DNA from: a virus | Length of the DNA: 64,000 nt | Reading direction: 5' to 3' (one strand) | Virus record (IMG/VR): IMGVR_UViG_3300023180_000050 | Coordinates: 2,655 to 66,654 of that record | Shown: in pieces, positions 37,373 through 46,435 of the stretch | How the letters are laid out: each line of letters starts with the position of its first letter | How positions within the stretch are numbered: position 1 is the first letter of the stretch | Program-made: the position numbers and the translations under genes | Notes under the pieces: generated by a model | What the model was told of the DNA's origin: nothing | Seen by the model: the letters and a program-made list of their open reading frames with translations, nothing else | Databases searched by the model: none

Positions 37373-37404
37373 TTTTTATTAGCGTTTGTTTTCCTTAGTT
37401 TTGT
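37371..37404 (+). promoter_or_regulatory. Bacteroidota-type early promoter (-7 TAGTTTTG)
   Basis: TAnnTTTG at 37396-37403 upstream of the Nei gene. Confidence 0.65.
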
Positions 37405-37417
37405 GTAAAACGAGAAT

Positions 37418-38197
37418 ATGCCTGAGTTAGCGGAGCTTAAACTTACTTCTGATTTTGTCAATGGAGTTGTAAAGGATAAGGTGTTTACGCACATATCTAA
37501 AAATCCAGAGCACAAATGGATTGAGGTTGATTTTGGTGAACCCTTTGCTTTGAGGTCTTTCAGCAGGGGTAAAGAGATTAAACTGGTTCTTGAATCTGCA
37601 GAAACTGACAAGGTCGATAATCTTATGATGACCATGGGCATGGGAGGTCATTTCCAATGGGCTTCTCGGGGAGAGACCATAAAACATACCCACCTTTTCT
37701 TTCACTGTAATGACGGTGGACATTTGGCCTTTGTTGATGTGAGGAGATTTGGTAAATGGAAGTGGGGAGATTGGAACAAAGATAGAGGTCCAGATCCAAC
37801 CACTGAATATTTCCTCTTTTGTAATAACATTTTGCAAAATCTACACAAGAGAGCTTTTGATAAACCCATCTATGAGGTGCTAATGAACCAGAGGTACTTC
37901 AATGGAATTGGAAATTATCTGAGAGCAGAGATTTTAATCAGAATTCCTGATGAGGATCCTTTCCAATCTGCCAGAGAATTTATCAACAAAAGAAAATGGG
38001 AACTTTTTGAATTGTGTAAGGATATACCAATTCTTGTTTATGAAATAGGAGGTGGGACATTAAAAGATTGGAAGAATCCCTTTGGTGAAGTATCATCAGT
38101 TCGGGACTTTATGAAGTGTTACGGAAATCCACTAATGGAAAAAATAGAAGATCGTGGCGGAAGAATGTTCTGGTACGACCCAAAATGGAAAAATTAA
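37418..38197 (+). CDS. nei: Fpg/Nei DNA glycosylase-AP lyase (NEIL1-like, zincless finger)
   Basis: N-terminal PE, RGKE, FVDVRRFG, H2TH LMNQRYFNGIGNYLRAEIL, DRGGRMFWY; no four-Cys zinc finger. Confidence 0.9.
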   Translation: MPELAELKLTSDFVNGVVKDKVFTHISKNPEHKWIEVDFGEPFALRSFSRGKEIKLVLESAETDKVDNLMMTMGMGGHFQWASRGETIKHTHLFFHCNDGGHLAFVDVRRFGKWKWGDWNKDRGPDPTTEYFLFCNNILQNLHKRAFDKPIYEVLMNQRYFNGIGNYLRAEILIRIPDEDPFQSAREFINKRKWELFELCKDIPILVYEIGGGTLKDWKNPFGEVSSVRDFMKCYGNPLMEKIEDRGGRMFWYDPKWKN

Positions 38198-38201
38198 AAA
38201 T

Positions 38202-38909
38202 ATGGTAGATAAAAGAATTTTAGAAAATTGTCTCTTCCTTGACGTTGAAACAGCTACGGGATACAGATCCTTTGAAGATCTGGAGACTGAAAATCCAAGA
38301 CTAGCAGATCTTTGGTCAAAAAGAGCAAAGTACTACAGAACAGTATATGAAGACATGAATGGTCTTTCGGATTCTGAGATCTATAAGGAAAAAGCTACAC
38401 TCGAACCTGAATTTTCTAGAGTTGTATGTGTATCCTTTGGTGTACTACAAGAAAGTGGACAAGTGAGAATGACCTCTTTTTATGGAGACGATGAGGAAGA
38501 AATATTAACCAAGTGTGCTAAGGTCTTTAATAATGCACACGTAAAGGGTATGAAGCTTGCTGGTCATAATATTAAGGGATTTGATATTCCATGCTTGGGT
38601 AAAAGCATGATCTATAAGTTAAGCTCACCAGAATTACCTCCAAATTTGGTTATCTGGGATAAGAAACCTTGGGAAATACCTTACCTAGATACCTCCGAGG
38701 TTTTTTCTTTTGGTAGCTGGTCTCACCAAAAATATCTTTCTCTTGACCTATTAGCATGCTCGCTTGGTATCCAGTCTCCTAAGGATGATATGGATGGCTC
38801 TAAGGTAAGTGAACACTTTTGGGCAACTGGAGATTGCGAGAAAATTAAAGAGTATTGTGAGAGAGACGTACAAACGGTAATTGATGTTTTGCTAAAGGTG
38901 GCTAAATAA
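38202..38909 (+). CDS. 3'-5' exonuclease (DEDDy, PolB-exonuclease-related)
   Basis: FLDVET, GHNIKGFDIP, SLDLLA..PKDDMDGS, YCERDV. Confidence 0.85.
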   Translation: MVDKRILENCLFLDVETATGYRSFEDLETENPRLADLWSKRAKYYRTVYEDMNGLSDSEIYKEKATLEPEFSRVVCVSFGVLQESGQVRMTSFYGDDEEEILTKCAKVFNNAHVKGMKLAGHNIKGFDIPCLGKSMIYKLSSPELPPNLVIWDKKPWEIPYLDTSEVFSFGSWSHQKYLSLDLLACSLGIQSPKDDMDGSKVSEHFWATGDCEKIKEYCERDVQTVIDVLLKVAK

Positions 38910-38975
38910 GATTACCCTTTATTTAAATCCTCCTGGGATTGTTTGGATATATAAGATTCAAATAATCCCTTTTTT

Positions 38976-39767
38976 GTGAGCGTAGTTAAAGGCTTTAGTG
39001 ATTTTGTTCTAAACGAAGACAAGGTAGGTTCCTTTTATAACGATGAGCTTAATCCCAAGTTTTGGGATAAGTACAAAACTAAAGACGGAAAGGAAGAATG
39101 GGTCTTTGATAGAATAGTAAGGAAAAAACTTCTTAAGATTGCTGAAGACTTCTATGAAAAGTATGAGGATCTTCTGGGAGATCTCCCTATATCAGATATA
39201 CAGCTCACTGGATCCTTAGCTAATTTTAACTACACCGATAAATCGGACCTTGATGTACACGTCTTGGTAGATTTTAATAAGATAAAATCCAAAAGGGATA
39301 TTGTTAAAGCTGCAGTGGATGGAGTAAGGTTCGTTTGGAACCTCAGACATGATGTTATCATTAGAGGTCATGACGTAGAACTTTATCTTCAGGATGTTCA
39401 CGAACCACATACAGCTTCTGGTTTATATTCTCTTATGGATGATAAGTGGATACGTAAACCAAAGTTTGATCCACCAGAAGTTGACGAGCATGATGTTAGG
39501 AAGAAGTTCGATGGATTTGCTTCTGAAATCAACCAAATGGAATCTAAACTTGTTACATCCTCTGCTTTGCCTGACAATGCAAAAGAGATGTACAAGCGTC
39601 TCTTGAGGATCAAGGAGAAGATTCAAAAGATGAGAAAAGATGATCTTGCCAAGGATGGTGAGTTCTCTGTGGGTAACCTAGCCTTTAAAATGCTCAGGAA
39701 TGAGGGATATATAGGTAAAATAATAGATCTTATTTCTAAAGCTTACTCTAGGATCTATTCAGAATAA
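38976..39767 (+). CDS. Pol-beta-superfamily nucleotidyltransferase
   Basis: LTGSLANFNY..SDLDVHV and DVELY; GATATATA at 38946. Confidence 0.8.
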   Translation: MSVVKGFSDFVLNEDKVGSFYNDELNPKFWDKYKTKDGKEEWVFDRIVRKKLLKIAEDFYEKYEDLLGDLPISDIQLTGSLANFNYTDKSDLDVHVLVDFNKIKSKRDIVKAAVDGVRFVWNLRHDVIIRGHDVELYLQDVHEPHTASGLYSLMDDKWIRKPKFDPPEVDEHDVRKKFDGFASEINQMESKLVTSSALPDNAKEMYKRLLRIKEKIQKMRKDDLAKDGEFSVGNLAFKMLRNEGYIGKIIDLISKAYSRIYSE

Positions 39768-39781
39768 TAAAAAGAAAGACA

Positions 39782-42523
39782 ATGTTATTAGTATTCAGAA
39801 AAGGATTGGAATATGATGGTAGCATGAACGGCGAACCGTCGGACAAAGAAGCCAATATATTTCCACTAATGTCTTTGCCTCTAGATATGGAGGGAGAAGA
39901 AACAGATTTAAATGATTTCCAGTGGTGGGCATATTCCGATAAATGGAAAGAGTGGCTAGAAGATAATCCTAGAGAATGGCAAGCAGAATCTAAAGCCTCT
40001 GACTTCGATAAAGCTGAAGCTATGCTGGAGAGCATGGTTACTTCTAAAGGGGGTATTACTGAATATGTCTCAAGTCAGATTAAGAATATCTGGAATAATG
40101 GTAAGGTATCTTCATTTAGTGATTATGTGAAGCTTTTGGAAGCAGAGGGTGAATCAGGATCCTCTGAGTCATTCAAAAAGTTTGTAAAGCTCGGGTTTGC
40201 TCTTGAAAAACTTGCTAAAGATGGCAAGCTGAAAGACAAACTAAAAATGGAAGATCTTGAGGAAGACAAGGAATATTCAATTGTTATAGATCCTATGACA
40301 GAAGCAGGAGAGCCTATCCAAGAAGCAAGACAAGCTATTAGAATTAAAAAACTGGACGAGTCCGCAGGTTTTATCCTTGCAGATTTCGATTACAGCATTC
40401 CTGTTGGAGAAGTTAAAGATACTGAAAGTTATCTCGATAAGGTTTCTGAGTTTGCGAAGGATGTTGCTATAGCAGGAGCAGGATTTGCAGGTCTTTATGC
40501 TGTTGCTTACATTGGCGGGGGTCTATTATCATCTTGGGTCCTAATGAAGTCAGCACGTGGCGTTTATAGAACCTTTTCAAGAGGTAGAAGAATATATGGC
40601 GCGGTCCAAGCAGCTAGAGGCTCGTCTGCTATTAGAGGTGGATTTTCAGCTGTAAAAAACTTTGCAACTAGAGCCTTTGGTAGAAGAGCAGCTCAAGGAG
40701 CTTTAACTAATGCCGCAAGAATAACTTTGCCCTCTGGTGCTTTTGTTGAGGGTGGACTTGCTTATTCGACAAGGGCTACTGGTAATGTTCTTTTAAAGGG
40801 AGCAGCAGAACAATCGGTTAAAGCTGCAGCATCAAGAGCAGTTGCACAAGGCGGTGCTCGTGCAGCAACCGCTATAGGTGCAAGGGCAGCAGCCGGAGCA
40901 GGAGCAGGTGCCCTTGCTGCAGAAGCATCTAATCCTGTTGGCTGGATTATGTTAGCTGTTCAGGTTGTAGGTTCTGGAATAAACCAGCTTTGGAATTGGT
41001 ACAGTGATAAACAGGCACCTAGATATGAAGAGGTTGAAGATTTTGCTTATGGTACATTTAAGCCTAAAAATATTCCTATTGGAAAGTCAATCACTGTTTG
41101 TTGGACAAGCGACGGAGGAGCAGGCTGGGGCGAATACATCTTGGATATAATAACCATGAGCAAGGATGACACAAGGACTACTATGGAGATAGTTAAGATT
41201 GGTGAATTTGACGGTAGATCTATTTTCATGGTTTTGCAGATTAATTCGGAAAGGTTCCAGAAAGCTTTGCAAGATAACGATCTAATGCTTATGTCATTTA
41301 GCAATAGTGATTCGTTTGAAAGGGATTGGTATGATAATGAAGATTTGGAGTTCCAAACAATCCTAATACCAGACATTACTGAGCTTACAATCGCTACTTC
41401 ATTTGTTGGTTATTCAACCTGGGACGAAATGGAGGAGGCTTATAATAAAGCTCCAGACAATCCAATATATGTTCCAAAGGATGCTAAGAAAACTTACGAA
41501 TTCCATTATGTGGATTCTGAGGGCAGGGATGTAAATGTAACTGGTACACTAGTTAGTGAAAGTGAACTTGAAGGAAGTGTATTGAAAGAGCTTATACCTG
41601 GTGAAGCTGATGTTGTTGAAGAATCTTTTGACGGCGCAAGAGAATTTGAGGATCTCTTAAACGAAAGTAAAGTGGTTTCATTCTCTGATTTTTCTATGAG
41701 AACCTCTAATTTAATAAAAGAGGAAGAAAACGAAGATCCTGCACAAGCAGAAGAAAAACCAGCAGAGCAGGCAGAAGAGAAACCAACAGGGCAGACAGAA
41801 GAAACCCCAGCTGAAGACGAAAACGAGGAACTAGAAGGATATGAGGCTGAACTTGATGAAGTGATCAATTCTGGGGCTGGCTTAAAGAAAACATCTTATT
41901 CTAGAATTCCGATTGTTTCTTATGAGGTAAATACAATCAATTTTGTAGATCCTAATATCAATGAATCTCCTGATGAATTTAAGGAATTTTCATACTTCTT
42001 AGTTGGCGACCAAAGTTTAAATCCTAAACCAAACCAACCTATTTTGGTAGAGTCTGCTTCTGAGGATCTAATTGGAGAACCAAGATTCGGTTTGAAAAAA
42101 TACGTACCACCTACTGAGGAAGATAGAGAAGGTACTATTGTAGAACCAGATGAGGAAGAAATTGATATAGAGGATGTTGATAAGGAAAGAACTAAAATTT
42201 CTACCAATCGTGCTGATGTACAGATAAAGAGCGGTTCTAGATCTCTTTCGATTAAAGATAGAGATATCGAAGGCGGTATAAGCATCCTCGACGAGTTTGG
42301 AAACGATGCTCTCAAGAGGGATCTTAATATTGAAGATTGGAAAGAAGTTTCTAGTGTCAAGGTAAGGGAAGATAGTGATGGCGAACCGATCAAAGTAATA
42401 CTTAAGAATAGGTTTGCAAAAATGGGTAATAGAAGAAGGGTTCTTAGAAAAGGAGAACAAGGATTCAACACTGCACTGAAATTTGCTAACTCAGTTGAGG
42501 ATGGTATATCTTTCTCTGGATAA
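39782..42523 (+). CDS. Large putative internal virion/ejection protein with membrane-insertion region
   Basis: Hydrophobic G/A-rich segments (VAIAGAGFAGLYAVAYIGGG; AAAGAGAGALAAEASNPVGWIMLAV); GATATATA at 39706; next to head genes. Confidence 0.55.
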   Translation: MLLVFRKGLEYDGSMNGEPSDKEANIFPLMSLPLDMEGEETDLNDFQWWAYSDKWKEWLEDNPREWQAESKASDFDKAEAMLESMVTSKGGITEYVSSQIKNIWNNGKVSSFSDYVKLLEAEGESGSSESFKKFVKLGFALEKLAKDGKLKDKLKMEDLEEDKEYSIVIDPMTEAGEPIQEARQAIRIKKLDESAGFILADFDYSIPVGEVKDTESYLDKVSEFAKDVAIAGAGFAGLYAVAYIGGGLLSSWVLMKSARGVYRTFSRGRRIYGAVQAARGSSAIRGGFSAVKNFATRAFGRRAAQGALTNAARITLPSGAFVEGGLAYSTRATGNVLLKGAAEQSVKAAASRAVAQGGARAATAIGARAAAGAGAGALAAEASNPVGWIMLAVQVVGSGINQLWNWYSDKQAPRYEEVEDFAYGTFKPKNIPIGKSITVCWTSDGGAGWGEYILDIITMSKDDTRTTMEIVKIGEFDGRSIFMVLQINSERFQKALQDNDLMLMSFSNSDSFERDWYDNEDLEFQTILIPDITELTIATSFVGYSTWDEMEEAYNKAPDNPIYVPKDAKKTYEFHYVDSEGRDVNVTGTLVSESELEGSVLKELIPGEADVVEESFDGAREFEDLLNESKVVSFSDFSMRTSNLIKEEENEDPAQAEEKPAEQAEEKPTGQTEETPAEDENEELEGYEAELDEVINSGAGLKKTSYSRIPIVSYEVNTINFVDPNINESPDEFKEFSYFLVGDQSLNPKPNQPILVESASEDLIGEPRFGLKKYVPPTEEDREGTIVEPDEEEIDIEDVDKERTKISTNRADVQIKSGSRSLSIKDRDIEGGISILDEFGNDALKRDLNIEDWKEVSSVKVREDSDGEPIKVILKNRFAKMGNRRRVLRKGEQGFNTALKFANSVEDGISFSG
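41744..41815 (+). repeat. Three 24-nt coding repeats (QAEEKPAE-like linker)
   Basis: QAEEKPAE QAEEKPTG QTEETPAE. Confidence 0.7.
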
Positions 42524-42554
42524 AAAAACGTCAATTTTTCTGAAAAAGGAAATC

Positions 42555-42562
42555 GATATATA
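42555..42562 (+). promoter_or_regulatory. Putative late promoter (GATATATA)
   Basis: Intergenic, 34 nt before the protease ATG. Confidence 0.7.
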
Positions 42563-42588
42563 AAGTTAAATAATAGTAAAGTCAAGAA

Positions 42589-44595
42589 ATGAACGAGTCT
42601 TTATTGAATGAAAACCTCCTTTTTATTCTTGAAAAACAAGATAATAATCTTGATGTTTCAAAGGATGGTGCTGAAAACGGCTACGTACTGAAAGGTATAG
42701 CAGCTCAATTTGGCAAGGAGAACAATAACAATAGAATATACGAGGAAGGTGAATACTTACCTCACCTTGAGTATCTAAAGGATAAGATAGGACAAAAGAG
42801 ATTGGTTGGTGAATTAGATCACCCCGAAAAATTCGATGTCTCTCTTAGAAACATTTCTCACGTTGTTGAGGATCTAGTTTATGATAAAGACGGAAGGGTA
42901 TTAAACATTAAAGTTCGTTTGCTTGACACTCCAGCAGGACAAATCGCTAAAAAGCTTGTTGATGCTGGTATACCACTTTCTATTTCATCTAGAGCAGCTG
43001 GAAATGTTGGTCCGGATAAGAAAGTCCAGATCAAAAAAATCTTTACATATGATCTAGTAGCTGATCCTGGTTTTCAGGATGCTCAGCTTGAGAGGGTTTA
43101 TGAAAGTGCTGGTTTTGATGCTTTTGAATTTGAAGAAAGATCAAAAAAGTCCGTAGTAAACAACTTAGAGTGTGTAAACGAATCGCTAGGGCTAGAAAAT
43201 GAATCTAGGGTAAAGATATATAAAGTTGAAAATAGCGAAGAATTCGAAAAAATCCTTAATCAAGACAAAAATAAATCCAACATTATGGAGGCCAACAAAG
43301 AATATGTTACTGCTGACGAGCTTAACAAGTATTCTATCTTTTTGAAAAATAAGATGGATGAGCTGGAAACGCAGATTTCTGAAATGAAACAACAAGAAGC
43401 TCAGGTATCTGAGAGTGAAACTGACAGTGTAGACTGTAAAGCTCTAGAGGAAAGAGTTGCTAAACTTGAAAAGTATTCAGAATATCTTGCTGAAAACCTA
43501 GAGAGTGCTATTAAGTACGGTGAGTACCTAGCAGAAAATCTAGATAGCAGCATTACTTATTCGAAGTATTTAGCTGAAAACCTAGATAAGACTATTTCTT
43601 ATTCTAAGTATTTGGCTGAAAATGTTGATAAGGGTATTTCATATTCAGAGTACGTGGCTGAAAATGTTGATAAGGCAATCGATTATTCTAAGTATCTTGC
43701 TGAAAAGCTAGATGATGGAATTCAATACACAGAGTATGTTGCTGAGAATCTTGATAAGAACATCGCTTATTCAGAGTATCTAGCAGAGAATGTTGATAAG
43801 AACATTGCTTACTCTGAGTATTTGGCTGAGAATCTTGATAAAGGAATTTCTTATTCTGAATATCTTGCAGAAAACCTTGATAAAGGTATTGCTTATTCTG
43901 AGTACATCGCAGAAAAGCTTGATCAAGGTATCAACTACACAGAGTACCTAGCAGAAAACCTAAACAAAGGAATTGCTTACTCTGACTATTTGGCTGAAAA
44001 GCTAAATGGTAATATAGCTCAAACTGAAGCTATTCACGAAAGTGCTAAAACTCAAGTTTCTCCTTCTCTAAATGAGAACGCAAGAGAAACTGCTGAAAGC
44101 GCTTCAAAAACTGAATTGGTCGAATCAGGATTTGCTGGAGATTACGAAAATCTCGGAAGCAAAATTGATTCTCTAATTGAATCGGTCAAGACACAAAAGA
44201 CTGAGGAAAATATAAACGAGGCTAATACGAAAGTACAGCCAACTGCTCAAACACAAAAAGCAGATGAGGCAATCAACGAAGCCGAAGAAACTGTGGTAGA
44301 ATCATCAGGTCACAAATTTATTGATGAAATGCCAGAAGATTACGCTCCGATTTGGGAGTCACTAAATGAAAGCCAAAAGCAATCAATCATTGCACAATCA
44401 GCTTTCTATAATTTAGAGACAAACTATCAGATCAAGAATTTCTGGTCAACTCGTCAGCTTGGTGCTAAGCCAGTAGGTTTACAGAAACTTCAAGAAAGCC
44501 AAGAAACACCAGAGCCTAAGACGGCTTCAAACCCTCAGGGGTACTCAAATGATTACCTTAATTGGGTCGCTAAGTCGCTCGAAGGTAAGTTTTAA
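42589..44595 (+). CDS. gp21: Prohead protease fused to a scaffold/core (gp22-like) domain
   Basis: NNNNRIY, GELDHP, SH, DTPAG, ISSRAAG, DLVADPG = gp21 protease; followed by a long coiled-coil repeat region; precedes the major capsid gene. Confidence 0.9.
   Translation: MNESLLNENLLFILEKQDNNLDVSKDGAENGYVLKGIAAQFGKENNNNRIYEEGEYLPHLEYLKDKIGQKRLVGELDHPEKFDVSLRNISHVVEDLVYDKDGRVLNIKVRLLDTPAGQIAKKLVDAGIPLSISSRAAGNVGPDKKVQIKKIFTYDLVADPGFQDAQLERVYESAGFDAFEFEERSKKSVVNNLECVNESLGLENESRVKIYKVENSEEFEKILNQDKNKSNIMEANKEYVTADELNKYSIFLKNKMDELETQISEMKQQEAQVSESETDSVDCKALEERVAKLEKYSEYLAENLESAIKYGEYLAENLDSSITYSKYLAENLDKTISYSKYLAENVDKGISYSEYVAENVDKAIDYSKYLAEKLDDGIQYTEYVAENLDKNIAYSEYLAENVDKNIAYSEYLAENLDKGISYSEYLAENLDKGIAYSEYIAEKLDQGINYTEYLAENLNKGIAYSDYLAEKLNGNIAQTEAIHESAKTQVSPSLNENARETAESASKTELVESGFAGDYENLGSKIDSLIESVKTQKTEENINEANTKVQPTAQTQKADEAINEAEETVVESSGHKFIDEMPEDYAPIWESLNESQKQSIIAQSAFYNLETNYQIKNFWSTRQLGAKPVGLQKLQESQETPEPKTASNPQGYSNDYLNWVAKSLEGKF
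43215..43287 (+). promoter_or_regulatory. Internal late promoter and in-frame ATG (43285) for a nested scaffold gene
   Basis: GATATATAAAGTT at 43215 duplicates the 42555 promoter; A-rich leader AAAAATAAATCCAACATT before an in-frame ATG. Confidence 0.6.
43474..44019 (+). repeat. Thirteen tandem 42-nt (14-aa) coding repeats, YSEYLAENLDKGIS
   Basis: 13 units counted in translation, from YSEYLAENLESAIK to YSDYLAEKLNGNIA. Confidence 0.92.
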
Positions 44596-44618
44596 AATCT
44601 AAAAAATATCTAAAAAAG

Positions 44619-46340
44619 ATGAAACTAATCAACGAAGCAGAAATCTTCGAAACCTGGTCTCCTATCATCGAGCAGAAGGCTGGAATTCAAGATGCTGAGA
44701 AAAAAGGATGGTTGAGCAAGTACTGCCACTACCATTCATTAAACGAGTCTGCTGGAGCTTACCAGTCTCTAGCAACTGTAAACGGTATGGGTGCCGTACA
44801 ACCACCCGCATACCCAGGTGGGTATAACTCAACTGGTTCTGCAGTAGGTACGCAAGCTAACGCAGCTTTCTACAACTCTGCTAACCAAGGTTCAGGAGAT
44901 AAGTTTCCTTCACTTCTTCCTTTGGCAATTCAGGTTGCTGCGAAGACTGTTGGATTCGATATCGTTCCTGTAATTCCTATGTCAGGTCCTACTGGCGTAC
45001 TTTCTTACCTAGATTACGTATACTCAGGTGGTAAAATCAGCCCAGCATCAGCTGGTACAACTGCAGCAGATGCTCTTGCAACTGCACCATCTATGATCAA
45101 GGTACAATTGACTAACCCAGCTGCTGGATATCCTGGAGATTTTGCAGTAGGTACTACTTACTACATTACTAATGCTTCTTCAGCTGGTGCATACATCACT
45201 ACTGAGTTTGTTGGTCTATCTAGAATTGATGCATTCCCAATCTTTAGAGTTTTGGGATTAACTGCTGGTGAGACTATCTCTGACGTTCTTGATGGTGGTG
45301 CTACTAAAATTGGTACAGCAGTAGACGGTGCTCAAGCAGGTACTACAACTGCAAGAGCAGAATTGGTAAAAGCTCTTGAGGATCACATCCAAGGATTCTC
45401 TGGTGCTGGTTTCAACAACGACCAAGACTGGCAAGGTCCATTCGTAGATGGTACTAAGACTTACAACCCAATGCTAAGAGGTGTTGGTGAGAGCACTTAC
45501 TACCAATCAATGGGTCTTTCAACGTTCACTAAGTTCGTTGAAGCTGATACTTTCCAAGTAGCTGCTTCAGTAACTACTGAGCAAATCCAAGACTTGAACA
45601 AGCAGTTTGGTATCGACGTTATCTCAATGATCGAAAATGCATTGGTTAACGAAGTATCACAAGCTATCAACAAGCACATCCTTTCTAGAGCATTTGCTCT
45701 TGGATGGTCTAACCACGACGAATTCTTAACTACAGAAGGACAAAACTTGAACCTAAACCTCGTTATCGGTGGTACTGCAGGTTCTTACACTATCCCTTCT
45801 TACGTAGGTAAGTCTGATACTGGTATTTCTATCGCTTCTGTTGCAGGTCCTGCTTCAGGTGGTTACGAGAACTTGTCAACTCTACAGAGAAGACTATTCT
45901 CTAGAATCTTAGCTTCTGCTAACGTAGTAGCTAACAGAGGAAGAAGAGGTCCTGCTAACTTCATCGTTACTAACGCTAACGTTGCAAGTGCATTGCAAGA
46001 CATCTCTCAGTTCACTTTTGCTCCTTTCTCTAACACTCTTACTCAAAACAACGGAACACTTTACCCAGTAGGTTCTCTTGCAGGTATGACCGTTTATGTT
46101 GATCAGAACATGAAGTTCGGTGATAACAGAGTACTAGTTGGAAGAAAAGGTGGTGACGACGAACCAGGACTTAAGTTCATGCCTTACATGATGGCTGAGT
46201 CTATCCAAACAATCTCTGAAGGTACTATGTCACCTAAGATTGCGGTTAAGTCTCGTTACGCTCTAGTAGAAGCTGGTTTCCACCCAGAAACTATGTACTT
46301 CTGTTTCCACGTGAACGTTCCTACTGGAGGTCTATCCTAA
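44619..46340 (+). CDS. gp23: Major capsid protein
   Basis: W.PIIE N-terminus, VIPMSGPTG, T.EQIQDL..FGID, GRRGPANFIV, VGSLAG..VYVD, FMPY..PKIAVKSRYAL; followed by a strong terminator. Confidence 0.93.
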   Translation: MKLINEAEIFETWSPIIEQKAGIQDAEKKGWLSKYCHYHSLNESAGAYQSLATVNGMGAVQPPAYPGGYNSTGSAVGTQANAAFYNSANQGSGDKFPSLLPLAIQVAAKTVGFDIVPVIPMSGPTGVLSYLDYVYSGGKISPASAGTTAADALATAPSMIKVQLTNPAAGYPGDFAVGTTYYITNASSAGAYITTEFVGLSRIDAFPIFRVLGLTAGETISDVLDGGATKIGTAVDGAQAGTTTARAELVKALEDHIQGFSGAGFNNDQDWQGPFVDGTKTYNPMLRGVGESTYYQSMGLSTFTKFVEADTFQVAASVTTEQIQDLNKQFGIDVISMIENALVNEVSQAINKHILSRAFALGWSNHDEFLTTEGQNLNLNLVIGGTAGSYTIPSYVGKSDTGISIASVAGPASGGYENLSTLQRRLFSRILASANVVANRGRRGPANFIVTNANVASALQDISQFTFAPFSNTLTQNNGTLYPVGSLAGMTVYVDQNMKFGDNRVLVGRKGGDDEPGLKFMPYMMAESIQTISEGTMSPKIAVKSRYALVEAGFHPETMYFCFHVNVPTGGLS

Positions 46341-46365
46341 TCAGTAGTTAGTACACACTAATACT

Positions 46366-46395
46366 AAACCCCAGGTTTTTGCCTGGGGTTTTTTT
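46366..46395 (+). terminator. Rho-independent terminator after the major capsid gene
   Basis: AAACCCCAGG-TTTTTG-CCTGGGG followed by T7. Confidence 0.88.
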
Positions 46396-46435
46396 ATTGC
46401 TAGGGGATATATAGTATAAATGTGGTCGTTGCATA

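Noticed and set aside
41920-42585. 221-aa minus-strand ORF and the many other short antisense or alternate-frame ORFs
   Set aside because: They lie under well-supported + strand genes, have the Ser/Leu/Phe-rich composition expected of antisense shadows and show no motifs.
43474-44019. 42-nt periodic repeats resembling a CRISPR array
   Set aside because: No spacers; variation is mostly at synonymous positions of an in-frame 14-aa protein repeat.
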